Shown piece after piece: positions 60,347 to 64,000 of a DNA stretch of 64,000 bases. The translations under genes were made by a program, and so were the position numbers. How positions within the stretch are numbered: position 1 is the first letter of the stretch; every line of letters begins with the position of its first letter. The stretch lies in contig NC_086097.1 in NCBI RefSeq assembly GCF_963921235.1, forward strand, positions 127,598,001 to 127,662,000, in the 5' to 3' direction. Under the pieces are notes generated by a model. That model was not told where the DNA came from and did no database searches. It was given only the letters and a program-made list of their open reading frames with translations. Origin of the DNA: Mobula hypostoma. Taxonomy: Eukaryota.

Positions 60347-61284
60347 CCTTGCAACCTTTTGAGCCACAGCTAGTATGTAATATTTTCAGGAAGGGCACTG
60401 GAAGGGTTGTTTTATAAAATATTAGTTTCCTAATCTTTCATTTGCATTTGGATAGAGATCAGTTCCCTTCTTGTCTTGCAAAAGTCTAACATGAGAAAGA
60501 AAGGGAAAAATATATGAAACAGTTACCAAAAGGAATACAATTTTGGACATAAGACTTGTGGTGTTTCAGCAGGTTTTTTGACTAGAACTCATAACCTCAC
60601 ACACATCACTATGCCCACTAGAGCCATAGAAAGATCCAACAATGGATCAGGCCCTTTAGCTCTCCTAGTCCGCATAATCTATCAGCCATTTATTAACCTG
60701 GTCCAACCATGTAGCTGCAGTAAGGCAAGGTTAAAGACAACATCCAGGTGAGGATTACTGTGGTGGTGTGTGGACAAAGCCAGAAAAGAGAGATCTATGA
60801 AGTGAGACCACCAGAGCCAAATTTGCTTTCTGCAGACAGATAGGTGAGAATGTCTGCAGCAGTATGTAATCAACCTAGAAGAACATCGCTTCCTTTACAT
60901 ATTAGGGAGTGCTGAAGACAGCCGAGATAGTGAAACACACCCAACAACCAAGGGGCTATTGTGTTACTAACTTCAAAGTTTAGCTTGTAGTTTCTATTAA
61001 CTTTTGTCATCTCTATTGTGAATGGCGATTGATCTTGCAAGTAAGGAATTCAAACATATGCAATTTACCAGATGGTCAATATCCATAACAGATAAGCCAA
61101 TCCTGTATAAAATTAGCAAGTTTTCTGTCCTGGCTTCAGAACAGTGTGGGTGATGGGCTCATGCTTTTTTCCTTGTGCACAAGTAAAATACAGTAAAAAT
61201 ATGTTTGAGTTGTAAGATTACCTGTGTTCTGGTGTTTAGTTACGTTATTTTAATATTGGTGACAACAGAAAATATAACCAAGAG

Positions 61285-61615
61285 AGCATCTACCTTCAGA
61301 AGGCTAAGGAAATTCAGCATGTCCGCATTGACCCTCACTCATTTTTATACAAACTCCATAGAGCATCCGATCTGGTTGCATCATCTAGTACAGCATTTGC
61401 TCTGCCTAGTACCACAAGAAGTTGCAGAGAAATTTGGACACAGGTCAGTCCATCATGCAAAGCAGACCCCCTCTCCATCACGGACCCTGTTTGCACCTTA
61501 CTGCCTTGGAAAAGTAGCCAACATAATCAAAGACCACTTCAATCACTGAGGTTCTCTTTTCTCTCCCCTCCATCAGGCAGAAAATACAAAAGCTTGATTA
61601 TTATGTACCACCAGT
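61285..61615 (+). mobile_element. Old Rex1/Babar fragment
   Basis: FRRLRKFSMSALTLTHFYTNSIE and PSGRKYKSL remnants. Cut off by the Gypsy LTR. Confidence 0.65.
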
Positions 61616-64000
61616 TGATGTGTACTTAGTATTTCAGTAATATATTTGTATTATTGTAAATATATTGTTTGATTCGGCATTCTTTGTTTGTTTACATAAT
61701 TCATTGGGGTTGTACTGAAGAAGTACGTGAATTGCATGCATCTTTATACCACTACATCATAAGTGTGCATCCACTAAAGCAAAGTTAGTGCACAAATATC
61801 TTGGGCTCCTATATTTTTCTTTTGATCAGATTTTGGAGTTAAGAAATAAAACAGTGGCAACAAGGTAGTTTTAAAACGAACCCGAGACGACTACCTGTTG
61901 TAACAAGGCATGTGTTTCTTCAGAAGGGGAGAGAGACGGACGAGTTAAAAGAAGGCTGAAAACAGACAGAATTCATGAGTTCATAAACAGTGAGTACCAG
62001 GTGGTAATAATAAATAAAGAAGTAAATAAGCAGCAATGGCTGGCTACATTGGAAAGATAGATGAAATTACACGACATCACATCTGGATGATATATACTGA
62101 ATGAACTGAACAGTATTTTGAGGCCAATGAAAAGTGAGCGCCAGTGTTATTAATTGCAATAGGTGGAAAAGCATACAGTTTACTTAGAATTTAACTGCTT
62201 TAACCAACCCAGCCAAAATTAGCTTTGCTGATATTGTGAAAGTAATGCAGGAACATTAACAACTGAAACCATTGTTACACGCTTTAGGTTTCATAAGCGG
62301 AATTAAAAGGAAGGGGAGTCCATTTGAGCTTACGTGGCTGAATTGAAGAGATTGTCTGAGCATTGCCAGTTCAGTAATGGGCTTAAAGATTCACTGAGTG
62401 ATCATTTAGTTTGTGGAATCTTCCAATAAAGCATTCAAAAATGGCTCCTAATTGAAGCTCAACTCACATTTAAAAGAACTGTTGAAATCGCTGTATCAAT
62501 GGAAACAGCAGTCAGAGGTGGAAGAAGGTTGCAGTCAGGAATGAAAATGAGAATGAACAAATTTGTAATGTCTAAACAGAAAACAGCCTGGCCAAACAAA
62601 TCATGTAAACATTGTGGCAGAGGCTCACATACACCAAACCAATTCAAGTTTAATGACAAAACTTGCAAAAAATTTAACTAAGTAGCACACATACAAAGAG
62701 CATGTCAGGCAGACAAAAATAAATAGACTGTACAAGGAAGAGAAGAAGTTTAAAAAGATTAGTTCGGTTTGAAAAACAGCACCCATCTGTATGCTGCTGA
62801 AGAAAAATCTGATACTGATGAGAGTGACACAGGACTTGGAAGGCTTCAGATTTAAAATGTGAAAACTAACAAGAGACAAGCAATATGGCTTACACCATAC
62901 GTGAATGGCAAATTAATTAAAATAGAATTGGGCACTGGCTCAGCTGTTTCAGTCATTCCACAGAATGAGTTTGAACAGCATTTCAAAGATTCAGAATTAA
63001 AGCCTGCAGATAGCCAACTAAGAATTTATACTAGAGAAAAGTAACTCCTGTGGGAATGACATTTGTAACAGTGGAATATAAGAACTAATATGCCACATTG
63101 GGCTTAAATACGCTAAAAACAGGAGGACCAGCATTGTGGGGCAGAGATTGGCTGAGAAAACTGCAACTTGATTGGAGCTCCATTTGCTGCCACACCCCCT
63201 GTAACAGAGTCAATTGAAAGTGAATTAAGAAATGCACTGAAAGATGTCATGGCAGTGTTCAAGGATGGCAGTGGAAAACTCAAACGTATAAAGGATGGAA
63301 TAGTGTTAAATGAAAATGTCACACCCAGATTTTACAAAGGCCATCTGGTTCCATGTACCATCCATGATATTGTAGCCAGTGAGCTAGATTATGCGGAGAC
63401 TGAAGGAATTCTTCCCATGGTTGAGTGGAGCCATGGGCATCACCAGTAGTCCCAGTCGCAAAGAAGGCTGGGTTTGCCAGGATCCCTGCTGATTTTAAGG
63501 TCATCATCAGCCCAGCACTGAAAGCATTTTAATACCCTCTGCCCAGGATAGGGGATATCTTTGCAAACCTTTCTGGAGGGAAATATTGCAGCAAAGTGGA
63601 CTTAGTAGACAAAGTAGACTGTTCCCACAGATGGGGAGTGACAAAGAGTCCAAAGTGCTTCTCATCATAAACACCCAGAAAGGGCTTATTTCTGAAGTAG
63701 CACCTGCACCTGCACTCTGGCGGAAAACTGAGTACTGCAAGGCTACCCAGGCACTCAGTTTTACCTGGATGACATCATTGTTACCAGTGAGGATGGCAAG
63801 GAATATCTCCAAAATCTCAAGACAGTGTTGGAGGATTACAGCCTCGGAGCACGATGCAACCAGTATGAATCCTTTAAACCAACCATCACTTACTGTGATC
63901 ACACCATTGATGCACAAAGATTACACAAAAACGTGGAGAAAATTCAAACAGTGGTGGACGGCCCGAGGCCAATGGGTGTGTTACAGTCGTGGTCCTTTTT
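61616..64000 (+). mobile_element. Decayed Mag-like Gypsy retrotransposon: 5' LTR, PBS, gag, protease, RT (runs off the window)
   Basis: LTR at 61616-61853 (TG...ACA, homologous to 40874-41114), PBS-like TGGCAACAAG. Gag MAGYIGKID, AYVAELKRLSEHCQF and CKHCGRGSH. PR ELGTGSAVSVI. RT YPLPRI and YLDDII (~63762). Confidence 0.9.

Overview
Vertebrate, repeat-dense intronic or intergenic DNA. The repeat repertoire (CR1 with esterase ORF1, Rex1/Babar, V-SINEs, Deu-domain SINEs, Penelope-like elements) suggests a cartilaginous fish, probably a batoid; this is inference. I found no supportable host protein-coding exon, rRNA, true tRNA or CRISPR array. Every recognisable ORF is transposon-derived. The window holds several CR1 LINE copies (one young, with a single stop over about 770 codons), Rex1/Babar, L1 and RTE fragments, and Penelope-like (GIY-YIG) fragments. 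It also holds a complete hAT fossil with TIRs and a perfect 8-bp TSD, a PIF/Harbinger-type MITE, two decayed Mag-like Gypsy elements, several solo LTRs and tRNA-derived SINEs, often nested. The strongest signal is a set of minimal type-I hammerhead ribozyme motifs. A ~430-bp fold-back element at 21191-21620 carries two divergently oriented hammerheads with intact cores, one per strand. A second hammerhead family lies in the Penelope 3' pseudo-LTRs, in at least 7 decayed copies. Family names come from recognising motifs by eye, not from database searches. Boundaries without a TSD are approximate.
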